In this document: positions 37,865 through 46,488 of the stretch, one piece after another
Layout of the letters: the number at the start of each line of letters is the position of its first letter
Numbering within the stretch: the stretch's first letter is position 1
Origin: Bacteroidota bacterium
GTDB taxonomy: Bacteria > Bacteroidota > Bacteroidia > Bacteroidales > B18-G4
NCBI GenBank assembly: GCA_018831055.1
Contig: JAHJRE010000139.1
Location: 38,380 to 102,379, forward strand
Direction of reading: 5' to 3'
Length of the DNA: 64,000 nucleotides
The notes under the pieces: generated by a model
The model's database searches: none
The model's input: the letters and a program-made list of their open reading frames with translations, nothing else
What the model was told of the DNA's origin: nothing
Translations under genes and position numbers: made by a program

Positions 37865-38886
37865 ATTAAATCATAACCAAGTCCTTCCGTATTGACCCTG
37901 AAAAGGGTTGTGTCACTCAGATCAGGCTGTTCTCCATGGAAAATGGTATTGTAAAACTCCCTGAGGTTGGGTATTTCTTCCATTATTTCTCCCAGGAAAT
38001 AGGTGTGTGAAGCTCCGGTTGGAGTCCTGAAACCAACCGTTTCGGTGAAGTTGATATATATTGCATTGCCGGCCAGCGGGGGATAAATGCGTTCACCAAG
38101 CTGTTTTCCATCGTTTGTGAAGAACCTTACCCCGTTAAGGTTAAAATCCATTTTGTTGCTGGTCACATAAATATTTCGCGCAAAATTGATCTTCTCCAGC
38201 CATTTTTCATGCCCTTCTGCATTCACGGCCGCGGCGTTAAGTACGAGATTGTCGAAAAGGCCGGGTTGCAGGTTTATTGTGATGCTGCTGTCTGTTGCAA
38301 CTCTTTCCAGGAAGTAGTTACCCAGGCTGTGATGGAACATGGTAAGCCGGGAGTTTTTCCATGGACTGTCAGGGGCAGTCTTGTATTCCTGGATTAGTTC
38401 AAGCATGTTGTAAAACTGACCGGCCGACAAGCGTACATTATTTTGTGAGTTTTTAAAGTTTTTCGTGCCAAACGATTCAGGAAGTCTGGAAGGCCATGTG
38501 AAAAGCAATACATTTACATCGTATGTGTTTTCAATTTCCAATCCGCGGTCCGCAGCCTCATCAAAAGCTTTATAATCTCCATGGACGAAGACCACGATGT
38601 CTTTTCCTGAAGGCATATCCTGTAAAAGATCGTTGAGATCACTCCGTAACTGGTAGTTCCATCTTTCCATCGGACATTTGCAACCTTTGACAAACCTGAG
38701 CCGGCCCTGAGGGTCAACCTTGCTGCCAAAAAACATTCCCGGTTCGTCCGGTGGGTTAATGGTCCGGTTGGTGATGATCCAGATGCAGGAATCCTGTTCC
38801 TGGCCGAATACAGACAGATTCCATGTTAACAGGAAGTTAGCGAGAATCAAAACAAGCAGGTTATTCCAGATAGTATTCATATGCAT
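37858..38886 (-). CDS. Alpha/beta hydrolase (DUF900-like)
   Basis: ORF 37858..38898 opens with GTG; the likely start is ATG 38886 or 38880. A signal peptide is present. VVFVHGDYKAFDEA and the nucleophile-elbow-like HHSLGNY fit an alpha/beta hydrolase. Confidence 0.55.
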   Translation of the reverse strand: MHMNTIWNNLLVLILANFLLTWNLSVFGQEQDSCIWIITNRTINPPDEPGMFFGSKVDPQGRLRFVKGCKCPMERWNYQLRSDLNDLLQDMPSGKDIVVFVHGDYKAFDEAADRGLEIENTYDVNVLLFTWPSRLPESFGTKNFKNSQNNVRLSAGQFYNMLELIQEYKTAPDSPWKNSRLTMFHHSLGNYFLERVATDSSITINLQPGLFDNLVLNAAAVNAEGHEKWLEKINFARNIYVTSNKMDFNLNGVRFFTNDGKQLGERIYPPLAGNAIYINFTETVGFRTPTGASHTYFLGEIMEEIPNLREFYNTIFHGEQPDLSDTTLFRVNTEGLGYDLIR

Positions 38887-39074
38887 TTTTTTAGGCACTT
38901 AAATATAGTTAATATTTGTTTATTCATTCTTAATTATTTAAAAACCATATCCATTTGCGAAGCGAAACTGTCCATCGGTAAATTGAAATCATTTGTTGAT
39001 ATGGATTTGTTTGATCCTTCCTGATAAAATATTACCTTTAATTCGTAATAAACTATTAACCAAAACCCAATACC

Positions 39075-40109
39075 ATGAAAAATTTTACCATGCTTAAAAG
39101 CGTAGTTTTAGTCCTTTCTTTTTTGTTCAGCAGTTTCTTCATTTTTGGTCAGAGCGTTCTTTGTGTCGACAGGGATGGTAGTTTTTATTCTGAAAGCTTT
39201 ACCGATGTCTGGCCACGTTACCAGGAAGTACTGGATGCCCTTGGACTGACCTACGATTATTTTGAAGTGGAAGATCCAGCCAACAACGGGCCGGATGCTA
39301 CCGCCATGAATGCTTACGACATTGTTCTTTGGTTCACCGGAGAAACCTGGCAGGAGAGCCAGACCATGACCAATGACGATGAGTTTAACCTTTTACTATA
39401 CACCAGCGTGAACAGTGGTAAATTGCTCCTTTCCGCACAGGATTACCTTTGGGACCGCTACAGCTCTGCCGGTGTATTGTCTTCAGGTTCTTTTCCTTAT
39501 GATGTTCTGGGTTTAAGGGAAGTACTTCAGGATGTCTGGAATCTAGATTTTCCTGATACTTCAGTAGTAGCCGGTGTGGCAGGTTCCCTGGCTGACGGGA
39601 TGTTATTCGGAATAGAAGACTTGTACACAACGGAATCCCGTGAAGGTTTATATATTGATCTGATGATTGACCATGCGGGACAAAGCCTTCTTGAGATGAG
39701 TTATGCAGGATCCGATAGTGTTACCGCTATTCAGTATGATGCCGGCAATTATCGCACCATTTTCTCAACGGTTTCACTTGCCTGTGTTATCCAGCCGACA
39801 CTTAGGACAGAATTGTTGGAGCGGATGTTTGCATGGTTGATGGGCACAATTGGAACCCGGGAAATACTGCCGGAGCAAAACCTCGAAATATTGGTCTATC
39901 CAAATCCGGTGAAAGATATTGTGACTATCGGAACGGACGTGGATATAGATGAGTTGTGTATTTACAATTCGATGGGCCAACTGGTTTATCAAGCTGAACC
40001 GGGAGATTATAAGGTTCAGGTTAACCTTAACGGTTTAAATCCCGGGATGTACACCATTTTAGTGAATACTCAATCCGGGGTAAAGACTTCCAGGATGCTG
40101 GTTGAGTAG
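39075..40109 (+). CDS. Secreted protein of unknown function with T9SS C-terminal sorting domain
   Basis: A signal peptide is present. The C-terminal VYPNPVKDIVTIGT...GMYTILVNTQSGVKTSRMLVE is a T9SS CTD. Confidence 0.65.
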   Translation: MKNFTMLKSVVLVLSFLFSSFFIFGQSVLCVDRDGSFYSESFTDVWPRYQEVLDALGLTYDYFEVEDPANNGPDATAMNAYDIVLWFTGETWQESQTMTNDDEFNLLLYTSVNSGKLLLSAQDYLWDRYSSAGVLSSGSFPYDVLGLREVLQDVWNLDFPDTSVVAGVAGSLADGMLFGIEDLYTTESREGLYIDLMIDHAGQSLLEMSYAGSDSVTAIQYDAGNYRTIFSTVSLACVIQPTLRTELLERMFAWLMGTIGTREILPEQNLEILVYPNPVKDIVTIGTDVDIDELCIYNSMGQLVYQAEPGDYKVQVNLNGLNPGMYTILVNTQSGVKTSRMLVE

Positions 40110-40141
40110 TTTGTTCAGGACATTAGTGAATTTCTATAAAT

Positions 40142-40180
40142 AAAAAGTCTTCCAGGTTTTTTAAATCAGGAAGACTTTTT
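40142..40180 (+). terminator. Rho-independent terminator candidate
   Basis: A perfect 12-bp stem aaaaagtcttcc / ggaagacttttt with a 15-nt loop. The 3' arm ends in a T-run, 33 nt after the stop at 40109. Confidence 0.6.
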
Positions 40181-40230
40181 ATATTTAGGTTTAATTTGTA
40201 TATTTCGATGGAAAATTAATCCATATCATT

Positions 40231-42534
40231 ATGAAAAAAATTTTATTAACAGGGTGTATCCTGTTCCTGACAGGTGTTTTATCCGGACAATCACCGCTTT
40301 TACAATCGGAATATATTATTGGAGGTCCACCTGCCGGCCAGATCTGGGAGTCTGTCCCGGATATTCCAGGCATAAAGGAAGAGGTTATGCGTGAACTCGA
40401 CTATGACTCGCTGAACATGCGTTTTACAGGTAACTGGCCTTACGGACAAAGTTATTCCGTTACATCCTCACCTACCGGAGATACGGTTTTTGTGGGAAGT
40501 GGGGGAGGAGTGCTGATCATGGATGTCAGCGATCCTTATAATCCTGTGCAGATCTCAGAAGTGAGGGCCCGGGCACTGGTAGATGCCAGTTATTATGATC
40601 CGGTTACCCAAAGATTATACCTGGCAGCGTATTTTTCAGGAGTTGAGGTTTGGGATTTGTCAGATATCGTAAATCCTGTGAGGATGAGCCGGATTCCCAC
40701 CAATAGTTACCCAAGGGGAGGCATCTTTGCCCGGGGCGATTATGTTTATATCGTTACCGTTGCCGATGGATTTTATGTTGCCGATGTCAGCGATCCGTGG
40801 AATCCTGTGATGATCTCCCATCAGATCGTCAGCGGTCCGCTGATCTGGAACTCTTCTTTCGAGGGCAATTATGCCTATCTTGCTTTGGGTACATCCGGTT
40901 TCAGGATCATCGACTTTTCCGATCCCTACGACCCGGTGATTGCCGGTGTGGCTTCAGGAAATACCACCGGTATTTTTGTCATGGACCAGATTGCCTATGT
41001 AGTTGCTTATGATTTTGGGCTACGTATCTTCGATGTAAGTGATCCGGGAGGGGTAACTTCATTAGGTACACTTGCCGTTGAAGGCTGGCCATACCGTGTT
41101 ACCGCATATGGCAACTATGTATATATTGCCAATTCCACAAGCAATCCGGGTGGCGGGGTCAATGTTGTAAATGTGGCCGATCCGGCGCTACCTGAGTTTA
41201 TAACTACCGTGGAGGGCTATCAGAACTTTATTTCCTGCGGCAGTACTGTGGTTGCCGCCACCGGGAACAGCAGCGGTTGTCTTATCCTGGATGTTACCGA
41301 CCCGGAAAATCCCGTTCATGCAGCCGATATCCCGCATGCCTGGCACATTACGGCTGTGGAAGCTTCAGGAGATTATGCGTACACGGGGAGCAATGGTTTC
41401 CGTGTGTTTGACTTGTCAGACCCGACACATCCTGTTGAAACCGGTTTCGAACCGACACAAGGGGCTTTGGTTGCCGTGAGCGATACCCTCGCCGTTTATA
41501 TCCCCAAGAGCATGACCTCCAGTAATCCCGTAAATATCATGAATGTGAAGGATCCTTATAATCCTGTGAAAACAGGACATTATACTGCCCCGGTAATGAC
41601 GTATGATATCTGCCTGAAAGATCATTATGCTTTTATAGCCTGTTGGTGGGACGGATTTCGGGTGGTGGATTTCAGCAATCCATCCAATCCAGTGCTGGCT
41701 GCTCATGAATTTGGCTGGACCAACGGGGCTACGCCGGGTGTGGAGTGGTGCTATGTGCAGGCTTTGGACGTATATTCGAATTATCTGTATCTGATCGATT
41801 ATAAGCCTTTTGAGGATGAGGATACCAAGGGATTATATATTTTCGATATTTCCAATCCCGAAGAGCCTCAGTTTGTTTCACGGTATGCAGGGCTTTTCAG
41901 TGCAGGATACGATCTGGCAGCCTGGGGTGATTATGTTTATGTGGCGGATAATGTAGGAGGCTTCGAGGTTATCAATGTGGCAGACCCTGCCAGTCCTTAT
42001 TCGATGGCCTATATCACCCTTCCTGATGTTGCCTGGCAGCTTGATGTTACCTGGCCTTATGTTTATGTGGCCACGTATATCAACGGCGGTGTGCAGGTTG
42101 TGGATGTCTCGGATCCTGCCAATCCTTTTATTACAGGATATTATCAGCGCTCAGGCTGCTTCGCGCTTGGAGTGACGGCATGGGAGAATTATGCCATCAT
42201 CGGTGACGGTCCCGCAGGATTTCAGGTCTATGATTTTATGCTGGCTACAGGCATAGCGGAACCGGTTGCCGGACAGGTAACAGGATCCCTGCATGTTTTT
42301 CCGAATCCGGCTGCTGATTTCTTTACCCTGAAAACCAATGAACCTGTTTCCGGAAATATCCACGCTTCCATTTATAATGCTCAGGGTCAGGAGGTATGGC
42401 ATTATTCCTGGTTTATGAAAGAACCCGGACAATTGGTGAAGTCTATAAATGCCTCTTCCTTACCGGATGGTGTATATCTGATCAGATTAAATACCGGAAA
42501 AGAAGCATTTTCAGGCAGGGTGGTGTTATTTTAA
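40231..42534 (+). CDS. LVIVD repeat beta-propeller protein with T9SS C-terminal sorting domain
   Basis: At least eleven repeats of the (V/I)x(V/I)xDxSxPxxP type occur, such as IMDVSDPYNPV, VADVSDPWNPV, IIDFSDPYDPV, ILDVTDPENPV and VVDVSDPANPF. The C-terminal VFPNPAADFFTLK...GVYLIRLNTG is a T9SS CTD. Confidence 0.8.
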   Translation: MKKILLTGCILFLTGVLSGQSPLLQSEYIIGGPPAGQIWESVPDIPGIKEEVMRELDYDSLNMRFTGNWPYGQSYSVTSSPTGDTVFVGSGGGVLIMDVSDPYNPVQISEVRARALVDASYYDPVTQRLYLAAYFSGVEVWDLSDIVNPVRMSRIPTNSYPRGGIFARGDYVYIVTVADGFYVADVSDPWNPVMISHQIVSGPLIWNSSFEGNYAYLALGTSGFRIIDFSDPYDPVIAGVASGNTTGIFVMDQIAYVVAYDFGLRIFDVSDPGGVTSLGTLAVEGWPYRVTAYGNYVYIANSTSNPGGGVNVVNVADPALPEFITTVEGYQNFISCGSTVVAATGNSSGCLILDVTDPENPVHAADIPHAWHITAVEASGDYAYTGSNGFRVFDLSDPTHPVETGFEPTQGALVAVSDTLAVYIPKSMTSSNPVNIMNVKDPYNPVKTGHYTAPVMTYDICLKDHYAFIACWWDGFRVVDFSNPSNPVLAAHEFGWTNGATPGVEWCYVQALDVYSNYLYLIDYKPFEDEDTKGLYIFDISNPEEPQFVSRYAGLFSAGYDLAAWGDYVYVADNVGGFEVINVADPASPYSMAYITLPDVAWQLDVTWPYVYVATYINGGVQVVDVSDPANPFITGYYQRSGCFALGVTAWENYAIIGDGPAGFQVYDFMLATGIAEPVAGQVTGSLHVFPNPAADFFTLKTNEPVSGNIHASIYNAQGQEVWHYSWFMKEPGQLVKSINASSLPDGVYLIRLNTGKEAFSGRVVLF

Positions 42535-44550
42535 CACAGCCACTTTGCTATGATATACCACTCCTTCTGTATCCCTTATTTCCAGGATATAGATACCGTT
42601 GGTAAGTTGGGATAAATCAATGATATTTGAGTTTATTTGCCTAATGGATTTTATAAGTTCGCCATTAAGGGAATAAACCATGATTTCTCCGTTATCCATG
42701 GTCCCAAGGTTTATGATTCCGGTGGTCGGATTGGGATAAACACTGATCAGCCTGTTTTCCGGATCTTTGATCCCGGTTTCAATGTCCCAGTTGATGGAAT
42801 AACGGTTATGTGTCATCAGGTCTTCTGCGAAAACATCGACGACAGTAGTTCCGGGAAGCGTATGTGCAGGCACGACAACCACGATAGCCTTATCATCAAC
42901 AGGGATACCTTCAACGAGGGGGACATCAGTGGTTCCTGGTGCCAGTTCGATGGTGTAATCAAACACCTGGGGGTCAAAGCCGGGCACCTGAACACCGTCG
43001 TAAGTCAGGTCACTGAGGTGGGCTTCCGTGGCGAAAACACCGTTTTCGACGGAGTAGGCTGACTGGAAGATTTTCTTGGAGCCGAATTCCTGGAATAATA
43101 CCAGTACCGAAAGGTCATCAATTTCTTCTATGAAGGTGTCGATCAGATCTACCGTAAAATCAAGATTTACCGGTTCCCTGTCTGTGGTATTCATTACCGA
43201 ACCATCGGCATCGGGTATCATTTTCATCATCACATGGTGGAACTCGGTTTCCCCGTTGGATGCGACATTACCGTAAGTTGTATTCTCCATCACAATGATG
43301 TGGGCCCTGAAGTCTGTAAATCCTGCAAAAGGAAGGACAGCCGCGTTCACGGTGATTTCTGTTCCATTGATCTGGTGGGAAGAGACCAGGCTAACATAAG
43401 TCGGTTCGGCTGCAGCAGCATTCACGGCAGCCTGGATAGCGCTGGTATTGCTTGATACCAGTGAACCTTCCACATTCACCCAAGGCACGTAGGAAACACC
43501 ATAATAATTCCTTCGAACCCCACCTTCTTCTGTGTAATAGGGGTCACCGTTTCCTGGCCAATCCATCTGATATTTCACGAAGGTAAGCTCATCCGCGTGT
43601 GTCTCCAACCAGGGATTCAGCGTTGTGTTGAGCGTGGCACAAGGGCCGCAGGTGGAACTGGTAAATTCTTCCAGGCAGGGCTTGTTGGCCACAGTATGGC
43701 TAACAACGCTGATGTGCTTGCTTAAAGTGTCGTTGGCCGGATTGTCGTCGTTGATGCCATTCACGTTTGACAACCATACCTTCAGGTTATAGGAACCTAC
43801 AGGGAAGTTAAAAATATCGGTACAGGTGAAGTTATAGCTTTCGGTTAGGTTAAGGTTCAATCCTGTGAGGTTGGTGATATTAACTATGCCACCGTTGGCC
43901 TGCCAGTTTATGTCAATGTCAGTAATGGTAGTATTTCCAACATTGGTGATCTTTCCGGTAACTTCTGCCGGACCATTCAGGTAAGGATAGGTTGTGATCA
44001 GGCTCATGGCACAATCGAGACCATAGGGACGGAACAGCACGATATCGTCGATGAACCATCCATCCATATTGTATGAGTTCCCGCTGAAATAGATGCAAAA
44101 CTGAAAATCAGCCTGACCGACATCGTCATTGGTAATTTCCAGGATCTTTTCCTCTGCGGCAATATTGCCGGTAGGACTGACTTCCCACACAATATTCCAT
44201 ACACCGCTTCCCTGCGAGGTAGTGGCTACTCCGATGGAATAAGCAGTACCGCTGTAATCGTCAAGCATGTGCCTGAACTGAAGAACGACGTTGGATGCTC
44301 CCGTCAGGTCGATGAGCGGGGAGATCAGACGACTGTCATCGTTAAACTGTGGACTCCAGTTCATCTTGGCTTCGGGTGCAATACCCCCTGCGTTGACGCT
44401 GTTGCTTATACTCCAGTTGGCAGCATGGGCATCGATGCTCCAACCCGACGGAGGCATTACGCCGCCGCTGAAATCTTCTGTGATCAAAGTCTGGCTATAG
44501 GATATTAATCCCATAACTGCCAGGATCACAATCATGTAGAATTTTTTCAT
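42526..44550 (-). CDS. Multidomain secreted protein (choice-of-anchor-J-like N-domain, Cys-pair thioredoxin-like segment, cadherin-like beta-sandwich) with T9SS C-terminal sorting domain
   Basis: ORF 42526..44628; the likely start is ATG 44550 (MKKFYMIVILAVMGLISYSQ). Domain cues are LITEDFSGGVMPPSGWS, EEFTSSTCGPCATLN and LSDLTYDGVQVPGFDPQVFDYTIEL. The C-terminal VYPNPTTGIINLG...GIYILEIRD is a T9SS CTD. Confidence 0.7.
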   Translation of the reverse strand: MKKFYMIVILAVMGLISYSQTLITEDFSGGVMPPSGWSIDAHAANWSISNSVNAGGIAPEAKMNWSPQFNDDSRLISPLIDLTGASNVVLQFRHMLDDYSGTAYSIGVATTSQGSGVWNIVWEVSPTGNIAAEEKILEITNDDVGQADFQFCIYFSGNSYNMDGWFIDDIVLFRPYGLDCAMSLITTYPYLNGPAEVTGKITNVGNTTITDIDINWQANGGIVNITNLTGLNLNLTESYNFTCTDIFNFPVGSYNLKVWLSNVNGINDDNPANDTLSKHISVVSHTVANKPCLEEFTSSTCGPCATLNTTLNPWLETHADELTFVKYQMDWPGNGDPYYTEEGGVRRNYYGVSYVPWVNVEGSLVSSNTSAIQAAVNAAAAEPTYVSLVSSHQINGTEITVNAAVLPFAGFTDFRAHIIVMENTTYGNVASNGETEFHHVMMKMIPDADGSVMNTTDREPVNLDFTVDLIDTFIEEIDDLSVLVLFQEFGSKKIFQSAYSVENGVFATEAHLSDLTYDGVQVPGFDPQVFDYTIELAPGTTDVPLVEGIPVDDKAIVVVVPAHTLPGTTVVDVFAEDLMTHNRYSINWDIETGIKDPENRLISVYPNPTTGIINLGTMDNGEIMVYSLNGELIKSIRQINSNIIDLSQLTNGIYILEIRDTEGVVYHSKVAVLK

Positions 44551-44587
44551 AGTAATCAGGATTTTGAATTTGGTTAATATACATTCG

Positions 44588-44595
44588 CAAAAATA
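44588..44595 (-). promoter_or_regulatory. Bacteroidota -7 promoter box (TAnnTTTG on minus strand)
   Basis: CAAAAATA on the plus strand reads TATTTTTG on the minus strand, 38 bp upstream of ATG 44550. Confidence 0.4.
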
Positions 44596-44696
44596 GAAGA
44601 ATATGAAAACGAACTCAAAGAATTGCATGAATAAATATATAGATCTGTCATTGTGAATGATTACAGGTCATTTCATCCTGACTGATAAAAATGTAT

Positions 44697-44704
44697 TAAA
44701 TTTG
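44697..44704 (+). promoter_or_regulatory. Bacteroidota -7 promoter box abutting the arsR start codon
   Basis: TAAATTTG ends 1 nt before ATG 44706. A second in-frame ATG lies at 44712. Confidence 0.35.
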
Positions 44705-44705
44705 T

Positions 44706-45008
44706 ATGCCTATGAAAGAAGAACCCCTCAGCGAAAAACAAAAATTACTGGCAAGATATGCCAAGGCAATGTCGCACCCTGTAAGGATCTATGTCCTGGA
44801 ACTACTGGAAAAGCAATCGTGTTGCTACAGCGGTGACCTTTCAGAGATTCTGCCCATTGCAAAATCGACGCTTTCTCAGCATCTGAAGGAATTAAAGGAT
44901 GCGGGACTTATCCAGGGAGAGATTGAAGCGCCTAAGATTCGCTATTGCATCAACAGGGAAAGCTGGGAAGAAGCAAAAAAATTATTCCTCGACTTTTACG
45001 GTTCATAA
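44706..45008 (+). CDS. arsR: ArsR/SmtB family metalloregulatory transcription repressor
   Basis: 100 aa with a wHTH (LARYAKAMSHPVRIYVLELL...). A Cys pair CCYSGDL sits at the position of the As(III)-binding site in ArsR. The gene heads an ars operon. Confidence 0.8.
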   Translation: MPMKEEPLSEKQKLLARYAKAMSHPVRIYVLELLEKQSCCYSGDLSEILPIAKSTLSQHLKELKDAGLIQGEIEAPKIRYCINRESWEEAKKLFLDFYGS

Positions 45009-45023
45009 AATTTTTTCTTAATA

Positions 45024-45045
45024 TTGTTCGCAGTTTTACGAACAA
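45024..45045. promoter_or_regulatory. Palindrome TTGTTCG-N8-CGAACAA (candidate ArsR operator or intercistronic stem-loop), copy 1
   Basis: The 7-bp arms are perfect. It sits in the 55-bp gap between arsR and the thioredoxin-like gene. A near-identical site occurs at 46455. Confidence 0.45.
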
Positions 45046-45063
45046 CGAATAATAAGGATCAAA

Positions 45064-45306
45064 ATGGAGATTAAAATCTTAGGAACGGGTTGTCCAAAAT
45101 GCCAGTCGCTCGAGAAATCTGTCAGAGAAGTAGTCACTAAGCTGGGGATTGACGCTCAGATTGGGAAGGTTGATGATATCATGAAGATCATGGAATATGG
45201 GATCATGCGCACGCCAGGACTGGTAATCGACGGTAAAGTTGTTGCCAGTGGCAGGTTGCTTTCTGCCAAGGAGATAGAAGGTTATATTAATTCGAATCAA
45301 TTATAG
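45064..45306 (+). CDS. Thioredoxin-fold redox-active disulfide protein (TM0996/MTH895 type)
   Basis: 80 aa. MEIKILGTGCPKCQSLE carries a CxxC motif. This small protein is a classic companion of ArsP-type permeases. Confidence 0.8.
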   Translation: MEIKILGTGCPKCQSLEKSVREVVTKLGIDAQIGKVDDIMKIMEYGIMRTPGLVIDGKVVASGRLLSAKEIEGYINSNQL

Positions 45307-45312
45307 TTAACT

Positions 45313-45732
45313 ATGAAAACAATCAGAGTATTATTATCTATTGTCCTTGTCGCCGTATTAACCGGTACTTTTGCACAGCAGGAAACAAAAGTAGTTACAC
45401 AGCAGGACGGGCAGGAAATTAAAGCTGCCGTTTATTATTTTCATCTTGAACGGCGTTGCATGACTTGCAAAAACGTTGAAGCACAATCCAAAAAAGCCCT
45501 TGAGCAACTTTATCCCGGTGAAATGGAAAAGGGAACGGTAGTTTTCAAATCAGTAAACATTGAAGATAAATCCGGTGATGAGCTGAAAGAAAAGTATGGA
45601 ATCAAAGGCCAAACTTTATTGGTAGTTAAGGGAGACAAGAAGAAAGACCTTACCTCTGAAGGATTTCTGTATGCCAAATCAGATCCTGATAAGCTAAAAG
45701 CTGAAATAGAAAAAGCCATAAAGGAGTTGTAA
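45313..45732 (+). CDS. Exported thioredoxin-like CxxC protein, ArsF-like
   Basis: A signal peptide and the motif ERRCMTCKN are present. The ArsF family name is my recollection of the label used for this gene in Bacteroidota ars operons, next to an ArsG-like membrane protein. Confidence 0.45.
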   Translation: MKTIRVLLSIVLVAVLTGTFAQQETKVVTQQDGQEIKAAVYYFHLERRCMTCKNVEAQSKKALEQLYPGEMEKGTVVFKSVNIEDKSGDELKEKYGIKGQTLLVVKGDKKKDLTSEGFLYAKSDPDKLKAEIEKAIKEL

Positions 45733-45738
45733 CCCATT

Positions 45739-46440
45739 ATGGAAAGCTTTCTCTCGGAATTATATTCCAATACATCTGTTCCGGTATTGGCAGCTTTTAT
45801 TCTGGGGCTGATGACTGCTATCAGTCCGTGCCCGCTTGCCACCAATATTACAGCCATTGGGTTTATCAGCAAGGACATCGAAAACCGGAGGAAGGTTTTT
45901 TATAACGGATTGATTTACACGCTGGGACGAGCCATCTCTTACACCGGACTGGCGGCCGTTATATATTATGGTGCTGATCAGATGAGTGTTTCCGGGTTTT
46001 TTCAGCAGTATGGCGAAAAAATCCTGGGGCCCTTATTGGTTATCATCGGACTGTTTATGCTGGATGTTATCAGGATCAACTTTCCCGGGCTAAGCAATCT
46101 GACACAACGGTTTCAGGAAAGAGGCATCAGTTCTTCCTGGGAGGTGCTGTTATTGGGGATGGTGTTTGCCCTGGCTTTTTGCCCTTACAGCGGAGTGTTG
46201 TATTTTGTAATGCTTATTCCAATGACCATCAGCAGTTCATCGGGTTTACTTCTGCCGGTATCATTTGCTATTGCTACAGGAATCCCGGTTATCATCTTTG
46301 CCTGGTTTATCGCTTTTACCATCTCAGGTGTCGGAAAGTTTTACAGCAAAATGAAAATTTTTGAAAAGTGGTTCCGGAGGGTGATTGCTGTTCTTTTTAT
46401 TGGAACGGGCGTTTATTATATTGTCTTGTTGCTTTTATAA
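45739..46440 (+). CDS. DsbD/CcdA-superfamily membrane protein, ArsG-like
   Basis: 233 aa with about six TM helices. Cys-Pro motifs lie in TM1 and TM4 (AISPCPLA, ALAFCPYSG), typical of the CcdA/DsbD thiol-disulfide transfer fold. Confidence 0.6.
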   Translation: MESFLSELYSNTSVPVLAAFILGLMTAISPCPLATNITAIGFISKDIENRRKVFYNGLIYTLGRAISYTGLAAVIYYGADQMSVSGFFQQYGEKILGPLLVIIGLFMLDVIRINFPGLSNLTQRFQERGISSSWEVLLLGMVFALAFCPYSGVLYFVMLIPMTISSSSGLLLPVSFAIATGIPVIIFAWFIAFTISGVGKFYSKMKIFEKWFRRVIAVLFIGTGVYYIVLLLL

Positions 46441-46454
46441 AAATTTTTAAATCA

Positions 46455-46476
46455 TTGTTCGTTAAAATACGAACGT
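46455..46476. promoter_or_regulatory. Palindrome TTGTTCG-N8-CGAAC (candidate ArsR operator or stem-loop), copy 2
   Basis: ATTGTTCGttaaaataCGAACgt lies in the 48-bp gap before the arsP-like gene. It shares ATTGTTCG-N6-TACGAAC with copy 1. Confidence 0.45.
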
Positions 46477-46488
46477 AAATGCAGGATT

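Noticed and set aside
42526-42534. 9-bp overlap of two convergent T9SS cargo genes
   Set aside because: The overlap is just two stop codons sharing TTATTTTAA. It is a trivial consequence of tight packing, not a regulatory feature I can support.
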